Of a stretch of DNA of 64,000 bases, positions 19,128 through 28,966 are shown piece by piece (positions within the stretch are counted from its first letter, which is position 1; the number at the start of each line of letters is the position of its first letter). The notes beneath the pieces were generated by a model. That model was given only the letters and a program-made list of their open reading frames with translations, was not told where the DNA came from and did not search any database. The position numbers and the translations under genes are program-made. This DNA is from Bacteroidales bacterium (GTDB lineage Bacteria > Bacteroidota > Bacteroidia > Bacteroidales > UBA932). Where the stretch lies: NCBI GenBank assembly GCA_017938925.1, contig JAGBAO010000013.1, positions 225,037 through 289,036 on the forward strand, in the 5' to 3' direction.

Positions 19128-21701
19128 TTACCTACTGAATTCGTAATCACCGGCTTCATACCGGACGGCATCGGTTTCTCCCGGAAGGGTGACGAGAGCA
19201 GAAGCGCCCTCGGGGATGGATATATGCCATACCCAGGCGTTGCCATGGTATTTCCATGAGCTCTTTATCAGACCCGCAGAGCTTTGGTATTCTGCTTCGA
19301 CCCAGCCGAGCCTCCTGTCTGGCACCGGCTTCATTATGATTGTCTTGAATCCGGGATCCGAGGCATCACAGGAGATGCCGGCAACGCTCTCCCAGAGCCA
19401 TTCACAGACACAGCCGTATGCATAGTGATTGAAGCTGGTCATGCCGCCTTTTGCTATACCGCAGTCAAGTGTGTAACTGTTCCAACGTTCCCAGATGGTA
19501 GTCGCTCCGTTGTCAATGGAATACATCCAGCTCGGGTTACGACGCTGGAAGAGAAGTTCGTATGCAATGTCGTTCATTCCGTTTTCGGAAAGCACCGGCA
19601 TGAGTATGGAAGTGCCGAGAAAGCCTGTCTGCAGGCAGTTTCCATGATACGCAAAGTTCTGCTTCAGGCGAGTAATCATAGCTGTTCTGGCATCACCCTC
19701 GACTACTCCGGCTTTCAAAGCAAAGAGCGCAGGTGTCTGCATCGTATTCAGCAGCTGCGTCTTGAACATCCCCTCAGAAGTCATGAACCTATCCCTTATA
19801 TATGACCGGGCTTCTTCCTGCATATTTTCATACACAGAAGCATCCTTTCCGGTCGCAGATGCCATGTCACGCATCATCCCTGCATCTATGACCCAATAGC
19901 AGGCACCAAGGAAATTCCAATAGTCCAAAGCTTCAGGAAGCGGACGGCGTGGTTCGATGCCAGGAACGTATGCTGCCTTGCTCCACGACTCCAGAGGTTC
20001 ATAGCTAAGCCAGTCAGCATACTGGAATCCGTTGTTCTCATCCACAAGAAGTTCGAAGCGGTAACGCGTCTGCGCGACATGAGCGATGAAGCGTTCCATC
20101 GCATCCCAGTTTTCGGATATGATGGAAGTGTCGCCGAACTGCTTCCACACTGTCCACGGAACGATAACTCCGGCATCAGCCCAGCCGAAATGCATCCTTT
20201 CATTGTCATATTGTCCTTCTGGCGCAAACGCAGGGAAAGCACCGCTGGCAGTCTGACAATCACGCATGTCTCTCATCCATTTACGCAGGAATGCAGCAGT
20301 ATTGGCAAAGAAAGATCCGGTCTCCGCAAAGACCTGGGTGTCGGCCGTCCATCCGAGACGTTCATTGCGCTGCGGACAGTCGGTAGGGACTGAAAGATAG
20401 TTTGAGCGCTGGGACCAGAGAGTATTTGAAATGAGACGGTTCACATCATCATTTCCGGTGGTAAGCCAGCCGGTCTGATGAGCCGAAGTCAGGGAAGACA
20501 CAGGAACCGACCCGATGCTCTTTATTATTGTCCTGTCCGTAACCGTTATGGACAAATAACGATAGCCGAAGAATGTACGTGTAGGACAATATGAGACGAA
20601 CCCCTTCTGTGGCCCGAATATGTAGTCCACCCTCATTCCGGTTTTATGGGCTCGGAGATTCTTTCTGTGCACACTGCCCTCCGGGCCATCCATTCCGCGG
20701 CTCCGGGCTCCATTCCCGTCATTCAGCACCTCTGCTGGAAGACAGGTCAGGACAGTTCCCTCATCTGCCTTGAATGTAAAGGAAGGTACAGCAGCGGCAT
20801 TTTGTCCGAAGTCAACAACCAGAGTATCACCAGGCTCCAAGGTTATTCTGTCTCCTGGAGCATAGGTACGCGTGATGACGACTTTGCCGTATTCATCCTC
20901 GGATGCGCCCACGACACCGCTCCAGACATATGATTCAACCGGTTTCAAGGTCATGTCCCTCAACAGGTAGACTTCGGCACCGGACGAAGGTAGGATTTCT
21001 CCGCAAAATTCATTATTGATTTCAGGTACTCCGGACTTCTCCAGGGACATATATCCGGACTCCTCACGCGCATCATACTCTTCACCGTCGTAGATTGCAG
21101 CATGCTTGACCGGGCCGGCTATTCCGGCCTTCCAGTTCAATGTATCTGTGCCATACAGCTGTCTGGTCCCGTCTTCAAAAGTAAGTTCCAGCACGCCTCG
21201 AAAAGCACATTTCCTGCCACGCATTCCTTCATTTGCGCGTGGAGTCACGATCTTGTCACCCCACCAGCCAGGTGTCACTTGTGCAAAGAGCACGTTCCTG
21301 TCGCCCTCTGACAAATTGAAGGCTTCTGTTATGTCATATGTAAAGGAATACTTTGTCCTGGCATAGTGGGTATAGCCGGGTTTGAGCACTTCCTCCCCCA
21401 CTCTACTGCCGTTGACATAGAGTTCATATACGCCAAGCCCCGTTGTCATCCACCTGGCCGAACGGGCCTTCGCAGGAAGCTCATATTCAAACATAAAGCA
21501 CGCTGCGCCATCTGCAGCACGATTGTTCCTGCTGTTATAGACCTTACCCTCGACGACCGGTGCGTCAGCCACGGAGATCCATTGCGAGCATTCCCATGCA
21601 GAATCATCCAATGCTTCGACACGTGTTCCGCACATCTTGTCTGAAGTGCAGGAAAGCATGGTAAAGGCGCAAAAGGCCAGCGAAAGTAAAAGTATTCGCA
21701 T
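19128..21701 (-). CDS. GH78 alpha-L-rhamnosidase-like lipoprotein
   Basis: TGLGVYELYVNG, VDFGQN, SVPTDCPQRNERLGWTAD, TTIWERWN, SFNHYAYG. Start MRILLLSLAF...LSC at 21701. Confidence 0.9.
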   Translation of the reverse strand: MRILLLSLAFCAFTMLSCTSDKMCGTRVEALDDSAWECSQWISVADAPVVEGKVYNSRNNRAADGAACFMFEYELPAKARSARWMTTGLGVYELYVNGSRVGEEVLKPGYTHYARTKYSFTYDITEAFNLSEGDRNVLFAQVTPGWWGDKIVTPRANEGMRGRKCAFRGVLELTFEDGTRQLYGTDTLNWKAGIAGPVKHAAIYDGEEYDAREESGYMSLEKSGVPEINNEFCGEILPSSGAEVYLLRDMTLKPVESYVWSGVVGASEDEYGKVVITRTYAPGDRITLEPGDTLVVDFGQNAAAVPSFTFKADEGTVLTCLPAEVLNDGNGARSRGMDGPEGSVHRKNLRAHKTGMRVDYIFGPQKGFVSYCPTRTFFGYRYLSITVTDRTIIKSIGSVPVSSLTSAHQTGWLTTGNDDVNRLISNTLWSQRSNYLSVPTDCPQRNERLGWTADTQVFAETGSFFANTAAFLRKWMRDMRDCQTASGAFPAFAPEGQYDNERMHFGWADAGVIVPWTVWKQFGDTSIISENWDAMERFIAHVAQTRYRFELLVDENNGFQYADWLSYEPLESWSKAAYVPGIEPRRPLPEALDYWNFLGACYWVIDAGMMRDMASATGKDASVYENMQEEARSYIRDRFMTSEGMFKTQLLNTMQTPALFALKAGVVEGDARTAMITRLKQNFAYHGNCLQTGFLGTSILMPVLSENGMNDIAYELLFQRRNPSWMYSIDNGATTIWERWNSYTLDCGIAKGGMTSFNHYAYGCVCEWLWESVAGISCDASDPGFKTIIMKPVPDRRLGWVEAEYQSSAGLIKSSWKYHGNAWVWHISIPEGASALVTLPGETDAVRYEAGDYEFSR

Positions 21702-21711
21702 AATGAAAGAT

Positions 21712-23379
21712 TTAGAACTCCAGGAAACCAGCGTTCCATGCGGAGATGGACGGAATCGTGACATAGCACAGGCCGTCAGCATCTCTTTCCAGACGCACAC
21801 GCACCGGCTTCTTTTTCATTTCGCGCCACATGACGGATTTCGCGTCTGGAGGCACACCTGAAAGCCTGATCCTGATCTGCTCCTGAGAGTCGATGCGGGT
21901 ATTGATCAGACCGACTGTCTTAAGACATCCTTCTTCGGTAACACGAGGGATGAGGAGCCCGACAAACGGTGAGCAGCATGTTGCTGGCGAAACGTCAAGA
22001 GAGTCCAGCTGATCTCGTTTGAGCTGTATCTGTGAGGACAGCTGCTTTGGAATATCAAATGACTGTATGTATTCCACTGAAAGGTCTCCTAAAGACTGCC
22101 CTACTCCAGGGAGTACAGGAATGCCTGTGCGTGCAAACTCATAGAGCAGGTCACAAGAGACATCAGATTTATATCCTACTACACTGGTTCCTTCATTGGC
22201 ACGTGCATATCTGGTCAGCACGTCTGCTCCATCTGAAACAGGCTTGAGAAGAGTCCTTGAATAAAGATCTGCAGGCTCCATGTCTGCTGCCATGATGAAC
22301 ATGCTCACCGAATTGAGTCCATAGGCCAAGGCCGCGAATCCTTCGACCAGGACTCCCTGTCCTGTACGTGAACCATAGACACGAGGCCATGTCTCTATCT
22401 CAGGACACCATAAGTCGATATATTCCGGATTTCCGATGAGTTCTATAAAGCGTGCCGACTGCATGCTCTTGATGATCTGTCCTGAAGCTCCTTCCATATC
22501 GAAACGAGATCCGGTGCCAGGACGATATCCCACAGGAAGTCCGGTCTTTTCATGCATTACGTTAAGAATCTCCTTTACATGATGAACCACAAAAGCCTCC
22601 TTCTTACCTTGAAAAGCCATCCTGGTGGTTGGAGATACCCGATGTACCTCTTCTGAAATGATGGCGGCAATATTACAAAGAGACTCAACGCAGTACTGAT
22701 GCCACTTCTCATTAAGTTCCTTGTCTGCCTCAAGAGCAGCAGACAATGTCTGACGTGTCCAGTGGCCGGAGGTCTGCTCATTGAAAGTAGCGATACAGTC
22801 CTCACACCAGCATCCTATATGCGAATCCAGCGTGGCTGGCTTATGATTGTCGTACCTGAGATCGTCATCCACCCAGATATAAGCTGGATTCAGAGCAGCA
22901 TATATGCTTGAGGTGCGACGAATATAATCCAGAAAATCCGGATTACGCGGACAACTCGAGAACTTTGCTTCAACTCCAGTCGAGCCGGTCCATCCTGTCC
23001 AAGTCTTTTCCGAGAACAATTCTTCATTGCCGACACCAAATTTGTCTCCATGCCCGATGGTCATCTGGAACTGAAGGGAAGAAGCCACTCCAATCTGAGC
23101 AAGTTGAGCCATAGCCTTTGACATACGCTCCACCTTATCTTGATGCCACTCCACGGGAAGATAGCCCATTCCGGTTGAGAACCAGACCTCATCACAGCAG
23201 CCTGGATTTTCCTTGATTATGGAATAGGTTTCATTCCACGCCTCATCGCTGTCAGTATTTGTCGGACGAAGACGAAGCATCATCAGAGGGTGTGAGTGGT
23301 GCGCCTGTTCAGAAGAACAGGAAATCAATGACGGGATGAGACATGCTAGTGAATATAAAAGAACTACTATTTTCTTCAT
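21712..23379 (-). CDS. Uncharacterised lipoprotein, putative (beta/alpha)8 glycoside-hydrolase-like fold
   Basis: Lipobox LISC; IWVDDDLR...GCWCEDC resembles the Cys-cluster region of GH42-like barrels; sits among CAZymes. No family recognised with certainty. Confidence 0.45.
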   Translation of the reverse strand: MKKIVVLLYSLACLIPSLISCSSEQAHHSHPLMMLRLRPTNTDSDEAWNETYSIIKENPGCCDEVWFSTGMGYLPVEWHQDKVERMSKAMAQLAQIGVASSLQFQMTIGHGDKFGVGNEELFSEKTWTGWTGSTGVEAKFSSCPRNPDFLDYIRRTSSIYAALNPAYIWVDDDLRYDNHKPATLDSHIGCWCEDCIATFNEQTSGHWTRQTLSAALEADKELNEKWHQYCVESLCNIAAIISEEVHRVSPTTRMAFQGKKEAFVVHHVKEILNVMHEKTGLPVGYRPGTGSRFDMEGASGQIIKSMQSARFIELIGNPEYIDLWCPEIETWPRVYGSRTGQGVLVEGFAALAYGLNSVSMFIMAADMEPADLYSRTLLKPVSDGADVLTRYARANEGTSVVGYKSDVSCDLLYEFARTGIPVLPGVGQSLGDLSVEYIQSFDIPKQLSSQIQLKRDQLDSLDVSPATCCSPFVGLLIPRVTEEGCLKTVGLINTRIDSQEQIRIRLSGVPPDAKSVMWREMKKKPVRVRLERDADGLCYVTIPSISAWNAGFLEF

Positions 23380-23389
23380 GGGAATCTGT

Positions 23390-24982
23390 TTACAAGTGTC
23401 TTATCTTATCTTCGAATTCACTCTTTTCGCATAGAGCAGCATTGCGCATCTTCGTACGATAGGTATATATGGTAGCAGGCGCACAGTTCAGGAATGAAGA
23501 GATCTTTCCGCTTTCCGTGATTCCCAGCCTTATCACGGCAAGAATCCGCTGTTCGGTGGAAAGGACTCTTTCCTCAGGAACGGCTATCCTGCATTCCTCA
23601 CGAAGCAGTTCATTCACCTTCTCCCTGAAATCAGGGAAGATACCGAGGAAGGTCTCGTCGAATATCTGGTAGAATTTCTTGTACTCGGCATATATCTCAG
23701 ACGGATTCCTGAGTTCCTTCATCACGACATCCACAGGCTTTCTCTTGAGCTCCTGGCGGATATCATGCCTGTGCTGCTCCAGCTTTTCGAGGTACTTTAT
23801 GGACAGATCCATATATCTGAACACATAATTATCCTTGATCAGATTGGCTTCGCGAAGCTTGATATTGCGTTCCTTTGCCTTGCTGTTGGCCTCTGACAGA
23901 AGCCTGTGTGATTCCTTGAGCCTGCGGGACTGCTTGCGGGAATAGATCAGGAGCCAGCCCAGGACAAGGATGAGCATGGATATCACGATAATAACGGCCA
24001 CCATCCAGCGCATCTTGCTTTTTTCAGCCACAGTGGCGGCCTCGGCAATGACGGCATGAGCCTTTCCGGAATTCAGGATCCTGTTGTTGAAGCCGCCGGC
24101 AATGACATCCATGAGATTCATCTGGATGTAGTGGTCTGCCTTCTGAAGATCCCCATCCTCATAAAGTGCCAAGGCAAGCTGATATATCGACATGTAATCC
24201 CTGTTAGGAGCCATGAAGTCATGCTCGCCCGACTTTGCCAGCCATCTGATCATCTCGTCATGATTGCCCGTCATCCCATAAAGCATTCCGAGATTATAGG
24301 CGGTGGAAGTCATGTCGTGGAAATTGTCTTCTGTTCCATAACATGACAGAAATATATCGATGGCACGCTGACAATCCCCATGATCACGCAGATACTGAGC
24401 ATGTATCTTCTGTCCGTAAACAGAGACGTTATCCATAGCGATATATCTTTCCCTGTATATATCCAGCGTATCACGATAAAGTTCCCTATCACGGGACGAG
24501 ACGACATTTCCGCTCAAATATGAATATAATGCAATGGCACAGGAGAGATATTCCTTGTCCAGTCCTGCTCTATACACCTCGCTCTGATCCACTCGATGGA
24601 ACATCTCCAAAGCCCGCTTGTCAATATGTTTAAGATATAGCACCCTGATCTCAGCCAGATCCGACTTGAGTTTCTGTTCATGAGTGACTCCGTGATTACG
24701 CATCAGACTCATATATTCATAAGTCGAATCCAGGCTGAAATGGAGATATTCGTTGAAAAGCCTGTCAGAATACACCCACTTCAACGAATCCGTATCGGCG
24801 GCATCAAATTTTCCCCTGATGGCTGCAGTGCCTTCAAGGAAGGATTTCCTATAGGTGTCACCTTGTGCGATCACCTTCTCCAGATCTCTGAGTGCGGCAT
24901 TCTCATCAGACATACAGCCTCCCTGCATGAGCGCAAAGGTGCACAATATCAGACTAAAATATACCTTTCTCATAGCATTCAT
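23390..24982 (-). CDS. DUF6377 / SusR-like membrane-anchored transcriptional regulator
   Basis: TPR-like periplasmic region, TM helix (WMVAVIIVISMLILVLGWLLIY), coiled coil, YKKFYQIFDETFLGIFPDF and EQRILAVIRLGI.ES.KIS.FL....TIYTYRTKMRN HTH tail. Confidence 0.85.
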   Translation of the reverse strand: MNAMRKVYFSLILCTFALMQGGCMSDENAALRDLEKVIAQGDTYRKSFLEGTAAIRGKFDAADTDSLKWVYSDRLFNEYLHFSLDSTYEYMSLMRNHGVTHEQKLKSDLAEIRVLYLKHIDKRALEMFHRVDQSEVYRAGLDKEYLSCAIALYSYLSGNVVSSRDRELYRDTLDIYRERYIAMDNVSVYGQKIHAQYLRDHGDCQRAIDIFLSCYGTEDNFHDMTSTAYNLGMLYGMTGNHDEMIRWLAKSGEHDFMAPNRDYMSIYQLALALYEDGDLQKADHYIQMNLMDVIAGGFNNRILNSGKAHAVIAEAATVAEKSKMRWMVAVIIVISMLILVLGWLLIYSRKQSRRLKESHRLLSEANSKAKERNIKLREANLIKDNYVFRYMDLSIKYLEKLEQHRHDIRQELKRKPVDVVMKELRNPSEIYAEYKKFYQIFDETFLGIFPDFREKVNELLREECRIAVPEERVLSTEQRILAVIRLGITESGKISSFLNCAPATIYTYRTKMRNAALCEKSEFEDKIRHL

Positions 24983-26949
24983 CTTTTTACCAGCAGCAAT
25001 GCGTCGGCACGTAGAGGATACTCGCTCGGATCCGATGTCATTGTCACTATCCCTTCATCACCCTTTTCAAAATCATATGTTCCAAGGTGGAACCACTCCC
25101 CTGACACCTGCCCTACAAGCTGAAGTTGAGAACGGTCAAAAGTACGTCTGTACTCATGTTCGGCCATGCGGATGCTGTAATGGGCAAGCGGATTGGTCCT
25201 GTCCTTCAGCTGCTGGAAACAATAGATATCCCACTCTCCGTCCAGATCTGCAGGGAGCCTGTACTCAACGAATTTTTCCGTACAGTCTCCGGAAAGTTCA
25301 TAATATGTCGGTCCATATCCCCTACGTCCCTTGGTACGCGTCCAGCCATCAGACACCGATATGCATGAGTCACCGTCATCTATGATGATATCAGCCTGAC
25401 TGCCGTCCATATACGGGTCTGTATGCATGATGTTTCTAATCTTTTCGGCTGGTACTGTCTGAATCATATCTTCAGCAAGGGAGGCAGCGATTCCACATGC
25501 CTGTCCAAGAACCATAAAGACCGGCTCCATACGTATCGAGCCATAGGCTATATGGCTGGCAGACAAGGCTATCGGAACAAGAAGATTCGTACACTCCTCC
25601 CTCTTCGGAGTCACACTTCGGTATGAAACAGGGAAAGGGCCGCCCACCTTGACCTCCACATTTCCCTCGTTCTTGACCATAGGCACGCCATCCTTCACAA
25701 CCACAATTCTCCTGCAGTTGTGCGAGTCCATGGTATATGCAGCCATCGCCACCCAGTCTTCAACCGTCGTCTTCTGCTCGCAGTCCTTCTGGGTCGCCAC
25801 ATATTCTCCTATCATCCTGCGGCATTCGCGGATATACAGTTGAGGCGACCAGTGACCGGTTTCGACATATTCATCCTTGGGAAGGCCCCAACGGAGCATT
25901 TCTGTGCGGATTTCCTCCGGGACACGTTCATCATGTCCCACAAAATAAAGAAGCCCGAGAGTATAGTCCTTATGAGCCTGCACGATGGCTGCACGTTCCT
26001 CGTATGATGCTTCCGGATATTCATGATTGGCTCCGATCATGTCCGTAGAGAATCCGCCCTTGTTGTTGACGTCAGTCTTACGTCCGGGCATACGGCTCCA
26101 GATGAAATAGTCCGTAAGTTCACGTTTGTCTGGCTGGGCCTCCATCAGACGCAGAAGAAGCTCATAGTGGGCCGGATCATAATTCTCCGGCTTCTCTATA
26201 GGAATCATATTCTCCAGACTGTCAGTCAGACAGATACGGTAATTATATGCCTGAGACAGTCCGTCTCCTGTTCCGTTCGGAGCAAGTTCCTCATCTGTTA
26301 TTCCCCACAGAATCCCGCTCTGGGGATTGCCCTTTTCCACGTATGGATCTATGCCATCCGGAAACTGGTGACGGTCAAGAAGCTGGACACCGTTCCACGT
26401 TTCGCCATACACGGTATTGTCCTCACGTCCGACTGAATATGAAACTCCGGAACGGGCCATGAGGTCGCCTTCGTATGTTGCATCAATGAAATATGGGGCT
26501 GATACACGTATGGTCCTTCCTGCCTGGGTCGATGCAGTAATGGATTTTATTTCTGCCCCCCCCATTTCGACTTTTTCGAGATGGTAGCCTTTGAGATGAG
26601 TGATGTTCGGATGATCAAGATATTCCTCCATCACATCCAGAGCGACAGATGGTTCGAAAATCCACGATTCAAGCCTGCCATAGTGTTCTCCAAGTTTTCT
26701 ATAGAATTGCTTGGCCACTCCGAACACAGCCTGTTTGTTGCCGATATCGGTATATCCCAGGCCGCATGTGGTAAGACCTCCGATTCTTTCATCCGGAGAG
26801 ACGACTATCACCTCCTTGCCCATCTGAGCGGCAGAATATGCTGCTGTTACCGCAGCCGACGATCCTCCATAGATGCAGACATCGTAATGACGGGCACAGG
26901 ACAGGGTTATAAAAGACAGTATGATTACACTATATATCCTCTTTATCAT
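24979..26949 (-). CDS. FAD-dependent oxidoreductase (PF12831-like) lipoprotein with C-terminal beta-sandwich
   Basis: YDVCIYGGSSAAVTAA FAD motif, IGGLTTCGLG, FIDATYEGDL, QAYNYR, YIRECRR, SASHIAYGSIRMEPVFM. ATG at 26949, lipobox TLSC. Confidence 0.85.
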   Translation of the reverse strand: MIKRIYSVIILSFITLSCARHYDVCIYGGSSAAVTAAYSAAQMGKEVIVVSPDERIGGLTTCGLGYTDIGNKQAVFGVAKQFYRKLGEHYGRLESWIFEPSVALDVMEEYLDHPNITHLKGYHLEKVEMGGAEIKSITASTQAGRTIRVSAPYFIDATYEGDLMARSGVSYSVGREDNTVYGETWNGVQLLDRHQFPDGIDPYVEKGNPQSGILWGITDEELAPNGTGDGLSQAYNYRICLTDSLENMIPIEKPENYDPAHYELLLRLMEAQPDKRELTDYFIWSRMPGRKTDVNNKGGFSTDMIGANHEYPEASYEERAAIVQAHKDYTLGLLYFVGHDERVPEEIRTEMLRWGLPKDEYVETGHWSPQLYIRECRRMIGEYVATQKDCEQKTTVEDWVAMAAYTMDSHNCRRIVVVKDGVPMVKNEGNVEVKVGGPFPVSYRSVTPKREECTNLLVPIALSASHIAYGSIRMEPVFMVLGQACGIAASLAEDMIQTVPAEKIRNIMHTDPYMDGSQADIIIDDGDSCISVSDGWTRTKGRRGYGPTYYELSGDCTEKFVEYRLPADLDGEWDIYCFQQLKDRTNPLAHYSIRMAEHEYRRTFDRSQLQLVGQVSGEWFHLGTYDFEKGDEGIVTMTSDPSEYPLRADALLLVKR

Positions 26950-26961
26950 CAGTGACAAAAT

Positions 26962-28950
26962 TTATTTTGTGATTATTGCAGCCCAGCCTCCACCTGGCGC
27001 AAGATGAATATCTATATCTCCTTTGGCAGCATAGGATTTCTTCTGATAATCGTTGCCGAACTTATGGGCGACCTTTCCGTCCTGCCATGCCTCGACATTG
27101 ACCTGGGCATCACCGACGAGCCTTGAGATGTCCACCTTCAGGTCGCGCTCAGTCCAGTCTGTCATGGCACCTATATACCAGGTATCGCCCTTGCGTCTTG
27201 CAGTGATGATGTAGTCTCCGACCTTGCCTTCAAGAACAACTGTCTCGTCCCACACTGTAGGCACCCTGTAGAGGAATTCGCTGCAGACAGGCTCAAGTTC
27301 ATAACTTGTCGGAGAGTCGCAGATCATGTTCAGAGGAGCATCGAACACCACGAACTCAGCCAGCTGGCGGCAGCGCGTTCCCTGGCTCATAGGTTCTGTG
27401 CGCACATCACGGAAGTTGGTGTAGGATCCGTTCTTCATTGCACCAGGAGTGTAGTCCGCAAATCCTGCCACATAACGGATATACGGGATGGTCACATCGA
27501 ACTCCACCATATCATATTCAGGCAGCTTTTTCTTGCGCATCTGTTCAAGACCGAACACGCCTTCGTAGTTCAGGACATTAGGAAAGCGTCTCTGGAGTCC
27601 TGTAGGCTGATGGCATCCATGGAAATCCATCACAAGTTTATGGCGTGCCGCCACCTCGGAAGCCTTGTAAATAAAATCCTCCATCTTCTGGTCGTTCCTG
27701 TCAAGGAAATCTACCTTGAAGCCCTTGACACCCATCTTTGCATAGTGGCTGCATACACCCTCGATATCCTTCATGAAGGCGCTGTAGCCGGCCCAGAGGA
27801 TTATGCCTACATTCTTTTCGTTTCCATGACGGACAATCTCCTCGAGATCTATCTCTGGAACCACCTTGAACAGGTCGTCAGCATATTTCACTGCCCATCC
27901 CTCATCAAGGATGACATACTCAAGTCCGTGACGCGAAGCAAAGTCTATATAGTACTTGTATGTCTCGGTGTTGATACCTGCCACGAAATCCACTCCACGC
28001 ACATTCCAGTTGTTCCACCACTCCCAAGCGACCTTGCCCGGTTTCACCCAGCTGTAGTCCTCATCTGCAGGACATGGACGGGCGAGACGATAGACCATGT
28101 CGTTGTCGGCCATCTGCCTGTCCTGAGTGCTTATGGAAACCGACCTCCAAGGGAAGGTGCGTGCAGAGCCGTCGCATGAAGCGAGCCAGTTCTCACGTTC
28201 GGTGACCATCATCTGAAGCATGTTGTGTCCTCCAAGGACCTCTGTCTTCGGATATGGGGCATATTCTCCTTCAAGGCACTTGTCCGAATCTCTGTTGTAG
28301 AGGAACATTCCCGGATATGACACCAGGTCTGACTCAGCAATCACCAGCTTGATTCCCTCAGGGCAGTCAACCATGAGAGGAAGCACACCGAAGTGCGACT
28401 TGTCCCAGGCCGAAAGCGGAGTGTACTTATAGAGGTTCTCGAAGTCATCCATATACTGGGCATCAAGTCCCTGCGACTCATATTTGTGAGTATAGGTGGC
28501 GTACATGTTCCAGTCCTCGACGAAATTGAATGTCGCCTGCTCTGCAGTCACCTTGTACGGCTTGCGCTTGTCTGATTCCCAGCGCCAGCCGAAACCGTCG
28601 TCGTAAACACGGAATACAAGATTATAAGTACCATAGTCAAGATTGAGCTCGTTATATGCATTCTTGACTACAGCCTTGCGGTAGAATGTCGCATTTATAG
28701 GTTCATCCACACTCTTGCGGGAGGCCTTGCGCACCTTTGACGAGCCCCATATGGTTCCGTCTTCCAGAGTCATGGACAGAGGCGAATCCGCTATGAGCAC
28801 AAGAGCATCATACGCCACGGAGTACCTTGTACCCTCAGCATTGAGGACCTTTACCTTCACCTTGCCGTCAGGCGAGGTCACCTCATACTCAGCCGCATTT
28901 GATGCGACAACTGCTGCAAGAAGCAGCACAACAGAAAGAATCCTTCTCAT
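26962..28950 (-). CDS. GH97 alpha-glucosidase/alpha-galactosidase
   Basis: VTSPDG, SWVKPGKVAWEWW, YKYYIDFA..HGLEYVILDEGW, GFKVDF, DFHG, NYEGVFGLE, DYTPG, GTRCRQLA. Confidence 0.92.
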   Translation of the reverse strand: MRRILSVVLLLAAVVASNAAEYEVTSPDGKVKVKVLNAEGTRYSVAYDALVLIADSPLSMTLEDGTIWGSSKVRKASRKSVDEPINATFYRKAVVKNAYNELNLDYGTYNLVFRVYDDGFGWRWESDKRKPYKVTAEQATFNFVEDWNMYATYTHKYESQGLDAQYMDDFENLYKYTPLSAWDKSHFGVLPLMVDCPEGIKLVIAESDLVSYPGMFLYNRDSDKCLEGEYAPYPKTEVLGGHNMLQMMVTERENWLASCDGSARTFPWRSVSISTQDRQMADNDMVYRLARPCPADEDYSWVKPGKVAWEWWNNWNVRGVDFVAGINTETYKYYIDFASRHGLEYVILDEGWAVKYADDLFKVVPEIDLEEIVRHGNEKNVGIILWAGYSAFMKDIEGVCSHYAKMGVKGFKVDFLDRNDQKMEDFIYKASEVAARHKLVMDFHGCHQPTGLQRRFPNVLNYEGVFGLEQMRKKKLPEYDMVEFDVTIPYIRYVAGFADYTPGAMKNGSYTNFRDVRTEPMSQGTRCRQLAEFVVFDAPLNMICDSPTSYELEPVCSEFLYRVPTVWDETVVLEGKVGDYIITARRKGDTWYIGAMTDWTERDLKVDISRLVGDAQVNVEAWQDGKVAHKFGNDYQKKSYAAKGDIDIHLAPGGGWAAIITK

Positions 28951-28966
28951 TTTATTATATCATTTA

